The notes below the pieces were generated by a model, which had not been told where the DNA came from, did not search any database, and saw nothing but the letters and a program-made list of their open reading frames with translations. A program made the translations under genes and the position numbers. Shown in pieces: positions 24,393 through 38,142 of a stretch of DNA of 64,000 nucleotides (its first letter is position 1; each line of letters starts with the position of its first letter). The DNA lies in the NCBI GenBank assembly GCA_965153455.1, contig OZ234493.1:29130213-29194212 (forward strand), in the 5' to 3' direction. Source of the DNA: Sphagnum compactum. Its lineage: Eukaryota.

Positions 24393-27300
24393 TTAGGAGG
24401 TGTGCCTGATATGTGATGAGTAGCCACCAGGCACAGGATCCAAAATGATTGGCCCATTGCTTGATACCCTTTTGAATGGAGTTTCCTTGCCTCGCAACAG
24501 TTGAGGGATGTACACTTCGTCCATCTCAATACGGTGCCGTGGGTCATACATGTTTTCATCTCTTAATGCCTGCAGGATGGCATTAGGTGGCGCATTTCTG
24601 TACCATCAAGCATACAAAAGAACAATCATTTAGCATTCATCCTATTTACAAAAGTACCATGAGTTCTATCTCTTCCAAGCACAGTGTTCAAGTTTGGGTA
24701 ATAAAACCAAGAGGCCAGTGGTATCTAGAGTCTTATTCTCTTCAAAAGATGAGGGCTGAACAAGTTAGTAGCTTGGAGAACTCTGAGGCTTTGTACCATA
24801 GGATGGACATAATTACATGATCCTGATGATGCTTGTTCCAGAGGAATTTATTTACCTTTGAATTAGGATCTTGTACAGTGCCCTCAATATTGGGCATAGC
24901 TCCACAGGTGCCACTGGCTTATTTAATTCAGGATGCATCACACTTAAACTAGGTTGCCGCAGTAGTTCATGGAAGGCTTCCACTGCTGACACACCCTGCA
25001 CTCACAATAATCCAGAGGACATACATCAGATTTCATAATCAAACACAACTGCACACAATTTGTGCTGTTGATTACAGTAGTCAACATGTGAAGGTCAAAA
25101 AGGAGATTGCTTACATTGGCAGATGGTTGGAGAAGAGTTACTCACCTGAATCATGCCCTTCCCACTGATGTTGTCCCCCATTTCAATCTTAAGCTCCCCT
25201 TTAGCCAACTTCTCTCCATACCATGCATTGCGGCCTTTGAGCAGGGTAACATATGTGTCAGCTAGTAGAGGACCTGCCAATCTCTCTGGTTGCTCTGCGA
25301 GCAAATGTGTAATGTATATCATTTCTGATGTGCAGTGTGCAAAATACACAGCCTTGCTTGTAGCACTTTCATTTGTCAAAGCCCCTACCATCCCTGCACA
25401 AGTTCAGAGTTCCAAAATGTCAGCACTAGCTTGAAGCATTCACTTCATGAGAAATGCACATGATGCGACAGGACAGACAAATTTAGGACTGATTTACAGT
25501 GAAGGCCAAATTTTGGGATTGAAATTGCATTGCAAGCATTCTGGCACTGTAATTGGGCACCAAACAACCTTATATAGAATTGTCAACCCCAATAGAATTG
25601 ACAGATGACCTAACTTAGAGTGATTTCAGATCTGAAACAATCAGCAAACAGCAAAATGAGGAAACCCTTAAGAACAAGGGAAGAACCTTCACCAGCAACA
25701 TGTATGGTAGTAACCAGCTACCATAACCCCACTGACTTCATCAGCTCCTGGCACTAGGTCAAGGTCAATGTCATACATTGGCCAATGCACTGAGGTTCTG
25801 TCACAAGACTGGCAGTAGCTGAAAGACTCAGCAATGATGCTGGCTAGCTCAATACAACCTAAAAGAGAAGGGACAAGGACAAGGAAACAAAAAAGAAAGA
25901 GGGAAAAATAACAGACAAAGAAAAGGAAAAATACCAGAAACCAAAAGAGGAAAGAAAAAAGAGAGAAACAAGACAGAAGTTTAAGAGCATGATCTTTTGA
26001 GGACCAAGTGGGCCTTTAAAAGTCCCCCACTTAGGATAAAGAAATCCTTGAAATAATCATTTTGAAGATTCCAAAAGTCAAAACACCAAACAGAAATCTT
26101 TCTTTGTCATCCAGAAATCAAGCTCATAAACAAAACATTGAACTTTTGTCACCCAACCAAGACAATGCCTTCTTATCTCTTCTCCATTTCTATGTTTGAG
26201 AAAGGCTAAGCTGAAAAGGCATATTCCAGGGAGAAAATTGCTTGAGTCTGTACAACTTAAAAAAACTCTCATGAGTATCAAGCAATCTCCGCACTCAAGA
26301 TTAAGGAAACCAACACCAGGTGAAAAACTTTCCACTAAGTCAGAAAAAAACTCCTGGATAAGGACTGAAGTCCAGGAAGAAGAAAACTTAATTGTTAAGT
26401 CACTGTCATACCCATACCTGAGTTCTACCATCATTAGAGTCGGAAAAAGGCTTACCTGCACCAATAGCATAGACATTCTTGAGGCCTCCCATCACCTCAT
26501 GTGTGGTGAGATCACTGTTATCCCAAACTACAAAATGCGGCTGTCGTAAAAAGTGTGCCAGTGGCTTTCTCCACTTCTCTGAACCACAGATCCGAGCATT
26601 GGCATACTCCCTGTGGTACACTTCTGCAGCAATATTGGGCCCCCCTAAGTACAGCACATTCTCCGCTGGAACTCCAGCTGTCCACAGCCACCATTACAAA
26701 AACTTACATCATTTACAAAGGGGCATAGTCTCCTTCTGAGAGCACAAAGGGAAGAAGGTTGACCAGTCACTAGAAGGAATAACTTCTATAGGGCATTCCC
26801 TTAACTCAGACTTTCACCATCATCTTCAGGACTATTACTCTCTCTCATCAAAGTGCAGATTAATTTGTGAGCACCTCCCACTAGTAAACATATGGATCCT
26901 AATTCATGATAGTAGAAATCCTGAATGTGATCAGGCACACACTAAATGAACCCAATTCGATGGACTGCACTACACAATTCAAGCTCCATTCAAATTTGTT
27001 ATGGCGAAGCAAGGAAGGACTTGCAGGATACATGCCTTCAAGCATTCTGCAAATATAACCCACTGGACACATTCACGGATTATGCATCCTGAACAAGAAC
27101 CATACTGAGCTATGCAGTAATGAATGACATGTTGAGAGGAAGACAGATCATAGAGATCCCTTGTAGGAAACATTTAAGAAACTCATGCTCCATGAGTGAT
27201 CGCATTTGGCAAAATTTTACAAAAACCTAACCCCACCTGCCAGCCAAATATACAGTCAAAAGCACTCCATCCATCCCTTTTTTGAGTTCAATACCACATC

Positions 27301-28309
27301 ATTGTAAATATTTTTCTTCAGCAAAATAGGGTTCTACAATCCTTTCTAGGGAAGATGAAACAACTGACTTGTATCAACGATCATTTGTGTGGGGGTAATG
27401 ATGTGGGGGATGGGCTGCAGTGCAGCCTCCACACCCTTGGCCAAAGATATGATGACAGGCATGGTGCGGCGCTCTCTCCAGAATCGTCCAATTTGTTGGA
27501 AAACAGGACGGATCTCTGTGGAAGGGAGAGCGTTGACAACAATGTCTGCATCCCACACTGCTTCCTGCAGGTTGGTTACCACCTTGAGAGGACAAAGAGG
27601 GGTATCGATCATATTCAAACAAAATCCATCTCTTAGGATCTCGTCTGCATAGAGTGTTCGATCTCCTAGCCGAGCCTCGACGTATTTGAGGTATGCGCAT
27701 TTGCGTATGAGGCGCCGCAACACATCTTCTCGTGCATTGATCACTTCAAAGAGGTGCTCGGCTGTCGGTTTGTCAACTTCCTTCCCTCCTCGTCGCCATA
27801 TCCGCATCTGCACATTTCCAGTGTTGACGATACGAAACTGCTCAGACACTGGTGAACATGCAGTTGAATCCTAAGGCACCGAAACGGAGGAAAGTCTGCT
27901 AATGTCTACTACACTTCCGCTTCTCCGGAGAACACTCCGAAACTTGAACCTCGTCAAATGTTCATCCACAAGCAGATCGTCTCTTTCTTCCCTACTTTGC
28001 GCGAAGTCTCACATGACGGCTATGTCCGTGATTACCACAAATAGAGATAGAACAGTAAGAAACTGCGAAACACTCAACCTGCACAGAATCGCGCAGTGCA
28101 CCATACGCATCCTGCAGCAATGCAATGAAGACGCTCCCCCACGCACCAGCTCCCACACCAACGATACGTAATGCGTCCCCGTCGAGCTTCCCTAGTAAGC
28201 TCCGAAGCTCTGCTACTCTCTCCTCCCCGAATCCTGCCACATGCGCCGCCTTCTTGGCAGCCTCATGATTAAGGTAACCATTACTACTGACACCGCAATC
28301 GTCCGCCAT
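24393..28309 (-). CDS. GPDHC1: Cytosolic glycerol-3-phosphate dehydrogenase [NAD+], 494 aa. Exons 28309-28079, 27807-27369, 26677-26456, 25393-25146, 24995-24856, 24597-24393
   Basis: Rossmann motif [95 protein letters not shown]. All introns are GT-AG, and the exons sum to 1485 nt in frame. Confidence 0.96.
25647..25848 (-). ncRNA. Candidate structured RNA (copy A), possibly a ribozyme, at a retroelement 3' end
   Basis: Shares colinear blocks GCTAGCC, CTGAG, CTTGTGA-AGAA-CTCAGT, GAGCTGATGAAGTCAGTGGG, an 8-bp hairpin and ACATGTTGCTG with copy B. The hairpin stem shows compensatory changes. Confidence 0.45.
25647..26400 (-). mobile_element. Probable Penelope-like element 3' fragment in GPDH intron 3: decayed ORF end, T/C-rich tract, conserved structured tail
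   Basis: Weak similarity of '[15 protein letters not shown]' to the PLE RT C-terminal 'RF.R.CS...F' motif. A pyrimidine tract lies at 25860-25980 (minus). The tail at 25647-25848 is homologous to 38889-39087. Confidence 0.5.
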
Positions 28310-29279
28310 TTGCCCCCCTCCTTCTCTCTATCTCTATGTCTCGCGTTCTCTCTCTTCTCTTCTTCACTCAACCACCCGCTCCACGGCGATCTCTTTCTTC
28401 TTCTCCACCAATTTTTCAATTGAAGCAACTACCTCCGGAGCCTTGAGAATCGAGTCACAACCAGCAAAGCGGGCCTCGAGAAGAAGTATCATCATGGAAA
28501 GCAAACCCTACTTCCTCTATCTCGAAGGAAAAAAACAATAAATCATAGTAATAGACTTCCAAAGCCACGGAAAAAAAATGATGCCGGCAAGTCGGGGATA
28601 CACAACTAAAATGCTCGCAGACTGGAGTGCAATTGAAGCAAGGAAACGGAAAACCAAAAAGTGCAGAAACCAAAAATCGTTTTAAAAAAATGGAAGAAAC
28701 AAATGCAAATGTGAGTGAGCGAACTAAAGCTGACAGTTGCCGCAAACCGATTAGGAAGAGAAAAAGAAGGAGAAGAAGAAGCGTAGGAGATAGGCCAAGG
28801 GAAAATTGTAGTGGCAATGACTGACTAGTGTGTTGCAGCAGTGAAAGAAAACCTGTACCTGCAGAAATGCGACAACGCACACTCGCGCAGCAAAAGCGGC
28901 TAAGAAACAAACAAAACACAAGCGCCAAAAACAGAAGGGGAGAAAGCGCAGGTGCGCCTCTCTGTGCACGCTCACCTTTGGGAACGTCAAAAGTTCGGGA
29001 ACAATGAGAACTTCCTCTTTTTTTTCTCCTGCCCCCCTTCTTTTCTTTTCTTTATTTTTCGCTTTCGTCATGCCCCTCTTCTTTCCGGGCAGGATGAAAC
29101 CAGCACCTACACTGGTACCTTTGGTATGTCAGGATGGGGGAACTTTACCATGGTTAGAAGTAATTGAAAAAAAGCTTAGGGTTTTCAACCCAGGAAATGT
29201 TAAATTTGGACTCTGAGACCCTGATTTAATTAATATTAGGATGGGATCTTTACCATGGTAAAAACATTCAGGGTTATTA

Positions 29280-29870
29280 GTTTTCTTTTTCTTTTTCTCT
29301 TGCCCCTTTCTTTTCCTTCCTTCTTTCTTTTCTTTCCCACTCTTCTTCTCTTTTGGGCAAGGTTTCTAATACCTCTTTTTGTTCCTTAAATGGAAGGAAG
29401 TTAGAGTTAGGGTAGGCCTAAATGGGACTCTTGGAATTTTGTCCCTTCCTCCTTTCTTTCCCCTCTTCTTCTCTTTGGGCAAGTCTTCTTTTATCTCTTT
29501 TGTTCTTAAAAACAAGGAAGTAGAGGGAGGGGGAGGTGGGACTTCTTCCCTTCCTTCTTTCTTTCTTTCTTTCCTTCACCCCTTCTTCTTTTTTGGGTGA
29601 GTTCTCTTTTGTTACTTAAATGCAAGGAAGTAGAGGTAAGGGGAAGTGTGGGATTTTTCGCCTTTCTTTGCCCCCCTTTTTCCCCTTTTGGCCAAGTTCC
29701 CTTAAATATGCTATATGAAATGTCATGTCATTTGCTTTTATCTTTTTTGTTCTTTAAAATGCAAGGAAGGAAAGGTTAAAGCAAGTGTGGGGATTCTTTT
29801 AGCCCCTATGAGAAGTGTGTGGGTGTAGGGTATTTTTTTCTTTTTCTTTTTCTTTTTTCTTTGGGTGAAC
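29280..29870. repeat. Pyrimidine-rich low-complexity degenerate repeats upstream of GPDH
   Basis: The unit 'tcttcttctctttgggcaag...aaatg(c/g)aaggaagt(t)agag' recurs 3-4 times. Confidence 0.55.
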
Positions 29871-32800
29871 TTACTAGAGAAATGGTCATGGGATATTTTT
29901 TCAATTACAAATGAGAAATGTGCAAATGAAGAGTATGAATGAGAATTTTGTTCAATTATGAATAAGAAATGTGTGGGTGACAAGATTTTTTGTTTTTAAG
30001 CATATTGATTAGAATATTGTCATGAAAAGCAAAACTTAGAGCAAAAATTTGAAACTCTTGAGTATGTTTTGTTTCCCCATGCATCTTATTTGCAAGGATG
30101 CATTTAAAATTGGTTTCTACCCTACCCTTGAAGATGGAACTATTCTTTCCAACTTTCATTGTTTTAACATGAATGCAAACATGAGAAGGTTCAAGCAACT
30201 TTGTAGTACCAACATGTTGTTGACAATTGACCTTCTTGTTTGGTAACCTTTGAAGAAATGAAAGCAATCATGCCACATGCATTTTATTATTAAGTTACTT
30301 CATCAATGTTCAAATTGAAGCAAGGAAATATACATGAAGCTAGACAATTGAGATGATCTAAACAATTGGTACTTGTAGAGAACTACTCCCACATTTGTGT
30401 GACAAGAGTTGACAATGATTTTACATTATTGATTTTAAGTCATGCAATTGTTGATGTTTTGAAGATTCAAGAAGGCATTTCAATCCATTTGTCATTGTAA
30501 TGTTGTGGAATCAAAATCTTTATAGTGTTGTCATCAGTCAAGTTATCTTATCACTAAAGATCTTCCTATTCCCATAATCATAATATTCCTTATTTCTTCA
30601 TATAGGAAATGGAAGTTGTGAGAATGCATGTCAAGTTTATGAAATTTTAAGGTTTTTATTTAGTTTTTATTGCAACTTGCAACGTTATAGACAATGGTTA
30701 ATGAATATCATTGTAAATAATGTGGACAAAACAAATAACCCAAGATTAATCACCATCATAAGAATAAAAAATCTCAAGTATTTTGAACTTTTAAACAAAG
30801 ATTGATAAATATTGTTTGTCGATAGCAAGTATTCAATGAAACAAAAGGTAGAGTTTGACATCAATATGAAAATTTAGAATAAGAGCTGAAAATAATTCAA
30901 AACTTGAAAAATGTTACATGTTACATGTTAAACATGCAAATTATTTTCCCAAGATGGGTGAAATGTAAATGGTTTTTGAGTTTTAATTCCTTTTGGACAA
31001 CAATACATGGAAGCATTAATGTGACATTGCAAAATTGATATTTTTTAGTGATAGTGCACTTCATATATAAAAGTTCTTAATCTTAACAATTATACATAAA
31101 AATTTTAAATCATATAATTTCAAATCAATAATCATATTGATTATGTTTAATTCAAAGTCAAAAGATTCTTGTTAATTAAAATGATAATACATGAATGTAC
31201 ATGTTGAACTTTTCATTATTCATACTCAATGGCAAGGGTTTAAAAAATGCACATGTTATTCCAAGTCATAGAAGGGATTATACCAATTATACCATTTAAA
31301 AGGTACATGTATGAAAATGTGGGTAAGAGTTTAATTCATTCTAGTCAAATGGTTATGTAGTTGTCCTCTATTGAACTTTTATCATGTATAGTGTATGTGA
31401 TTTTTTATGAATGTTTTGATTTTGATCATCATTTTAATGCAAGGCCCACAATGCTTGGAAATTGGTTGAAAAAGGTTTAATTCTCTTATGATGTTGATTT
31501 ATTCTAGTGTTAATTTGTGATATAGGGGTATTTTTCAATATTAACTAAGATATGTATAAATAACAACCTAAGTTAGTATAAGATTTTAGAATAATCAAAA
31601 AAAGTGTTCCTTTTTCAACCACCTCCATTAAAACTACTAGTGCATTTGGCCATATCCAAAAGTTTTCTCTATAATTTGAACTCCTATTCATATTTTGTGT
31701 ACAATAAAATTGATTTGTTTCAAGTCATATGTATAACATGATAGACCAACTAACATGATAGAATTTCAAGTTTCAAAAGTGTATGGTTAAACATGTTCAA
31801 TGTTTAATAACACATAAGCTTAAAAGGATGTGAAGATCATTGTTGTCATGGTTTTGTTTTCTTTAATGCCACTCTTCTAAGCCAAATGTTCTTTACATTT
31901 TTATTTTTTCAATGACCATTGTCACCATATCTTTTTAATGTTACCATATTGTACTCTTTAATAGTGCCACTCCTCCAAGTCAAATGTTTTATACATTTTT
32001 CTTTTCTTTTCCAATGGTCTTATTCCTTTAATTATTTTACTTGTCAGTCTTCTTAGGATAGAGGATTCAATGTTTTTTTATTAATATATATTGTAATTAC
32101 TTAAGGTTGATCAACTTGTGTCATGAAATGTTGCTTGTTCACAACACTTTTATGTTAAAGGCTTAGTATGTGAAAGTTTTAATTTTAGGTTTTAGACCCA
32201 TTTATTTTAATGTTCTTTGCTCACATTGTTTCCATGTTGAATTAAATGTGTGCATTACATTGAAAGTGCTCACATCGTTTTGACATTTTTGGCTTGCAAC
32301 TTCAAGCTTTGGAACTACAATGAGGTATTCTTTGCTCATTTTGTTACTCCCTTGAAAGTCTTGACATTGTTGTTATGTTCACAATTCCCTCTCTAACTTG
32401 GAGGCATAATGTTTTGCTCATGTTACTTTTGTGGCAAAATTGTTAACAATGAGTTACCTAGCTTGTATTTTGCTCTAAAAGTGTTCGCATTGTTTTGTTA
32501 TTGCTTTCATATATATTGATCTAATTTTGACTTAATGACTTTATGTAAGATTTAATTTTTAAAAAAAATAACTATTTTTTTTTCATTGCATCTTAACATA
32601 GTTATATTTTAAAAATCTATTTGAATGCATGTTAGATATGTGATTAATCAACATTATTGTGATAAAATTAAAGATTATCCTCATGTTGATCATTAAATAA
32701 AAAAACATTTTTACTTTCAATACATTAAAACTTGTTTATGGCTACTTGTTTTTTTTTGTGAAATGAAGAAAAAATTGTTCACTTTACCTTGCCAACACTC

Positions 32801-33829
32801 ATTAATATGTCATATCCTTTTTAGTCCATGTGGTCAATTTTAACTTTGTGACTATTATAACACATATTTTATCCATATTTTTCAATAAGATCTCTATTAA
32901 GATCTATCATAATATGGAAAATCTTTAGATGATTATGTTAGCATTGAATTTGAATTTACTTGCCAAGTTAATCTAAAATCTAAAAAAATTGAGATTGTGA
33001 AGTCCAAAATCATCCGCTTGACTATGATATGGGGTGTATCATGTGCGACCAAGTTTGAAGGCCTCAAAATTGTGATGGGATGGGTTTAAGGCCAACATAA
33101 GGACCAAAAGAGAATTTGTTATTGTCAACCCAAAACATGGTAGTAGTGCAACATGAAGAAACATGTCGAGAATGAACTTGGACCAAATTTAGCATGAACA
33201 CAAAGCAAAGAAAATAACTATAGAGGGATACAAGGATGTTCATAAAAGGTTGAGAAATGAAGAATATTTCTCCATCAATCATCATTGCTTTATTTGGTTT
33301 TTTGAAAGCCCACCATAAAATTGGCCTAAACCAAAAACGATCTATGTATTGTATATGTATTGTTAACTATTGCATAACATGCAAACAACCACAACTTGCT
33401 TTGAAATTTGTGGATGTCAATATTTAAGTTACACATTTAAATTCATACATTTTTTCTTTAATCATAAACTTCATTGATGAAGGATGGGTCTTGTACCATG
33501 TTAATGTTATCAAAAATTGATATGGCATATATAATAAAATAGGTGTTTCCTTAGCCCTACATATGATATCATTATTAGTGAAATTCACCTTCATAAACAA
33601 CATTCTTGTTTAATATTATAAAATGAAAGGACAAAGTTGAATATTTTAGTTGCAACATCAAGACATTAATTGTAAATTGTGTTCATTTATATATTAGCAC
33701 CCTTGGAATTTATTTTGGACATGTTATGTTAAAGGCATACATGTTGACATGCCACTAACCATGATTAAGTTCATATCAATGTCATGAATATCATTTTCAC
33801 ATAACAAATGGAGTTCATTCATATGGATG

Positions 33830-34135
33830 TTCATCCATAATTCATAATTAATTCATAATTCACTCATAATTAATTCCCAATTCTTTCATAATTAAGTTTC
33901 GGTTCATTTTTAGTTAACTCATAGTTCATTTCTAATTAACTTTTAGTTCATTTTTAATTATATTTTAGTTCATTTCTAGTTAACCTCAATTCACTCTTGA
34001 TTAAATTTCAATTCATTTCTAGTTAGTTCATAGTTCATTTTTAGTCCACTTTCGATTAATTCTCAGTTCATTCATAATTAACTATTAGTTCATTTTTATT
34101 AAATCTTGATTAATATTCATAATTCACTTGTAATT
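33830..34135. repeat. Degenerate ~22-bp minisatellite
   Basis: Repeated 'tagttcattt(t/c)ta(g/a)ttaact' units. Confidence 0.7.
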
Positions 34136-34199
34136 AGAAAGCCTTTAAAAAATCTTCCATGGTGGGTGGGCACATGAAAACCTACATGAAAACTTCTTT

Positions 34200-35570
34200 G
34201 AACTAGGTCTTCAAAGGGGTGTAAATAAAAGTAGGACCTTTCATTACCTTCGATCTATTCAACACCAGTTTAAGGTATGATCTTGTTTTATAGCTTGTTA
34301 AGTTATTTTCGTTTTTACATTTTCTTACTTCATTGCAATAAAGATCTATTTGTACTTTAGTTTTGCACACTACATATTCTCAATTATATTATTTGTGTTC
34401 TCGTTTTAACATCAAAGAAAAGGTTATTGGAATGGGAGGAGGAAAACATATGTCCAAAGTCCATTTTGGTCCTTGGATTTTTTTTGAAAATTCCTATGAA
34501 TACTAGAGATTTACTTCCAAGGTGGTCTTATTTCAAGAAATAATTACATATGCCAATGCTATTAACATTTGTTCTCACATTAAATTTGAACTTTGCAAGC
34601 TAAGGTTTCAAGTGACCACACATGTCTTGTAATAGGAACAATACTTGTTTTATGCTTGTTGTGCATCAATGAATCATGAACCTATGAACAAGGGGATATT
34701 GGGTTTTTTCATGTGCAATGGACGCTATTTTGGTAAAATTATGTGTATGTAAGAAGAGTATCTTACAAAGGAAACCATTTTGCCACCTTTCCAATGTGGT
34801 TCATTGGAGCAAGAATTGACTATTTTATATGGTTGCATGGCTACTATGGCCTTCAAAATATTATAATAGTTGTTTCTTTCATTTGTCACCACTATTTCAA
34901 AAGAGAAAACTCACATATTTGCATTGATGCTAATTCGTTGATCAAAAGGATGCAAAATTTCATTGAGTATCTCAATAACTTGATCTAACATCTTGGATAC
35001 ATGTATGGTTCTAAATTTGATGGATATGTACAATGGAAATCATTTGTCCTTTTTTAACCAAAGTTTACAAAGAGTTACATCTTGAAAGGTCCCAAACCTA
35101 TTTTTTTATAAAATAGGTTTTCACTTAGGAACTCATTATTTTAATGTTATTGCCACCACAATAAAAGAAAATGGGAAATTGTTGGCATTTTGAATATTCT
35201 CTTCTTCACCGTACTTCTTTAATAAATGTTAAGACCACAAGTTCCATGTTGTGATGAAAGTTCATGAAACATAACTTTCACATGTTGGGTATTTTAATGT
35301 TGCAATTTCTTTGTATTTTAGACTTTCAAATAGAAGTTGAACGAATTGTTAATGTGACAAGTATCCTTACCAATTTGAAAAAACATCAATTGGTTAGTAA
35401 ACTATTTGAAAACACTAACTAGTGGTCATTTACAAAAATTGACCCAATGATGCAAAATGAAATTGCAAATTGGTGTCAAGATTTACCAAGTTTTTTTTGA
35501 AACTAAGGATTTCTTTTGTATTAAATGAAAATGAATAATTACAAGTTGATGTTGGGTATTATAAAGATGC
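34200..35570 (+). mobile_element. Decayed hAT transposase 3' region (dimerization domain)
   Basis: ~35250-35460 reads as a broken '..KVHET.LSHVGY...QFLCIL..QIEVERI.NVTSILTNL....VVIYKN.PNDA', which recalls the hAT C-terminal 'WW..HE....LARQ.L....SQIE.ERIFS...KNWP.D' motif. Confidence 0.6.
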
Positions 35571-38142
35571 ATGGTGAGTAATCAACATATGGTAATTTGA
35601 TTTTGCTAAAAGGAAGTGTGATAAAATGTTATATGTGTAGATGGTCAATTTTTTTGAATAGTTAAATTTAATCAAACAATGTTTGTTTGAAATGTGCAAG
35701 CATCTTCTAACATGTGCATTTTCTTGCTTGAGATCAATTTATTTTACAAAATTGCTTGAACATCATTTCTTGAAGTTTCATTTTATTAGATTTTTATGGC
35801 TAACTAATGTTTAAGAAATTTATAATTTGTAAATTTCATTGGTAGTCATGTCAATGGAATGGATTTAATGATGAAGTTAATTTGCACATTATTCATTACC
35901 TCTTACAAACATAGTACATAATTGTCTTCCCCCATATTTTTAACAATTATCCTTGCATTGTGAAGCTTAAGTATTTATTTCAAATCATTGTTGGCATCTT
36001 GGACACGATTTTCAATTTATTGTTTGGACTTATGAATGATTTGGTGTTTCTGTTCATCTATATCACCACGTTGTTCAGGTATTGCATCGAATTCAAATGC
36101 CCCATGCAATATTTTGTTTGTGCAAAATTGTGAAGTATTGTGAAATATTTTTGGATAAAAGGAATGTTTTGTTACAAGATTCTTGTTTTGTGAAAAAAAA
36201 TTTGCCAAAAAAGGAGCAATTTCTGGTCATATTCAATACATGGATGTGATAGGTAGCCAAATTATAGAAGGATATATTTTTTGGGGACAAGTACTAAGGG
36301 TTGGTTGATGTATAGTAATACATCCTTCTATTATGAAACTTGTTTAAAAAAACCCATGGTTCCATGTATAACTACAAGTTAAAACTAAAGGGTTTTGCTA
36401 GTGAATTTTTAAATGTGCGAATGTTTGTGAAATAGTTTGTTGACATATCTAGGTATATGTGAATTGCCATAATAAACTTAAAGTGCTATGTTTGGAATGC
36501 ATTCCATTATGTTCACCTTTTGATGTGTTCACGAAACTATCATTTGAGATGTCATGTCTACTCAAGTTTGCATAAGTTACTAAAAGTTCGTGAAGTGCTA
36601 TAGTTAAAGTACTTTTGCTTGGAATTTATAAAATTTTGAACAAGTTATTACACACTTATTTACGTGTCTAAGAAGATGAAAGTAAAAGATGATGTCAACA
36701 ATGGAGAGCAATGGTATTGTTCAATTATTGTCATTCACAAGAAAGAAAATGGTATGATAATCTGTCCATGACAAAAATCACAAGATTATGACCCCAGTTA
36801 TTCTTTGTCATGGTGGATATGATCTGATTGGAATTGACACAATGGTTACCTTGAAAGTGCCATTGTGCAGTAGTTTTCTCTGCAATCTCATAGATATATA
36901 TCATGGGGGACAATAGATGGCAATTGAACAATGGCTTACCCAGCAATTCACAAACCGTCAAAGACCTATCTTATTGCAGGCAGAGTAGGACCTCTTAGCA
37001 TTTCATACCCAAATTTAATATAATTTCATTACTTTGCGGATTCCACTGAAAGAGGGGTTTGGGGGTGAAAGGAGACCCAAAGGTAGGATGAGGGCCTACT
37101 CTGCGTGCAATAAGATTGTGAAGGCCTATTCTGCCTATTGCAAAATTTAGTTGTTTTCCAACAAATGCCAATTTTTACACCACCAAAATTGATGTTTTTC
37201 TGAGTTTCAATGTTTAAACCCACCTTGAATGTTAATATTCCTTTTTCAGGTCTTTTTAACCCTCATCAGGTTTATGACCAAACTCAGGGTTCTCATGCTG
37301 TACTTTCCTCACATTACGGATTTCTCTAATACATTACAAACAGAATAGACCCTCTAAAGTTTTTACCAACAAAGGCACCCCATGAAACAGATTCTATTCC
37401 CATTGTGCCTTTATTGCTTGCCCTGAAGGCTTATTTAGTTGCAGACTACACCCTATAAGACTACATCTCTAGTGTGTAATAATATCAGTGCAGGGTGTTT
37501 TATTCACAGTGCAAATTACCCTATTCATAATGTGACACGTCTATTGCCAATGTCTTCTTCAATCAATTACATGCTCTGATTATCTGATTAGTTTTGTTTC
37601 CAGAGATTTGCAGGGACGGAAGCACAAGCAAGACATGGAGATGCAACTGAGCTTCAGACCTGAAACCAACCAGGGAGAACAAAACTAGTGTAATGGAGGA
37701 TTTCTAACTCACTCCCAATGTATCAACTATCCACCCTAGTGATGCATTTGTTACCAGCATGAACCTGAGGCTATGAGCAGCAAGAGTGGAGTAAAAAAAA
37801 AGAGAGCAGATCTTATATGAGTCTTGGTCTAAAATGCAACATATTGATTCTCTGTCAAACTCCAAAGAAACCACAAAGTTTGACACAATGCACAATGATG
37901 TATATTCTTAAGTGGCTAATTCACAATAAAAGTCTACGGGCCACTTTAGCAACTCTAGAGATGATAGTAGTGCTAGTTTGCAAGTGGTCTGCTCCTGCAC
38001 TTGAACATGTTCATAACAAATTGTATACATGAATCATACTAACATCCACCACACAAGTGTTCACCACACCTGGAGATAGTGGAGCCAGTGAATTGATTGG
38101 CTCCTCTCCAGATTGCAGTGACAAGAGGCATCACATGAATCA

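Noticed and set aside
28455-29071. Long hydrophobic ORFs upstream of GPDH
   Set aside because: They are explained by T/C-rich 5' UTR, intron or promoter composition.
33830-34135. CRISPR-like array (also considered for 2060-2345 and 61000-61930)
   Set aside because: These are degenerate tandem units without unique spacers, in a eukaryotic context with no cas genes.
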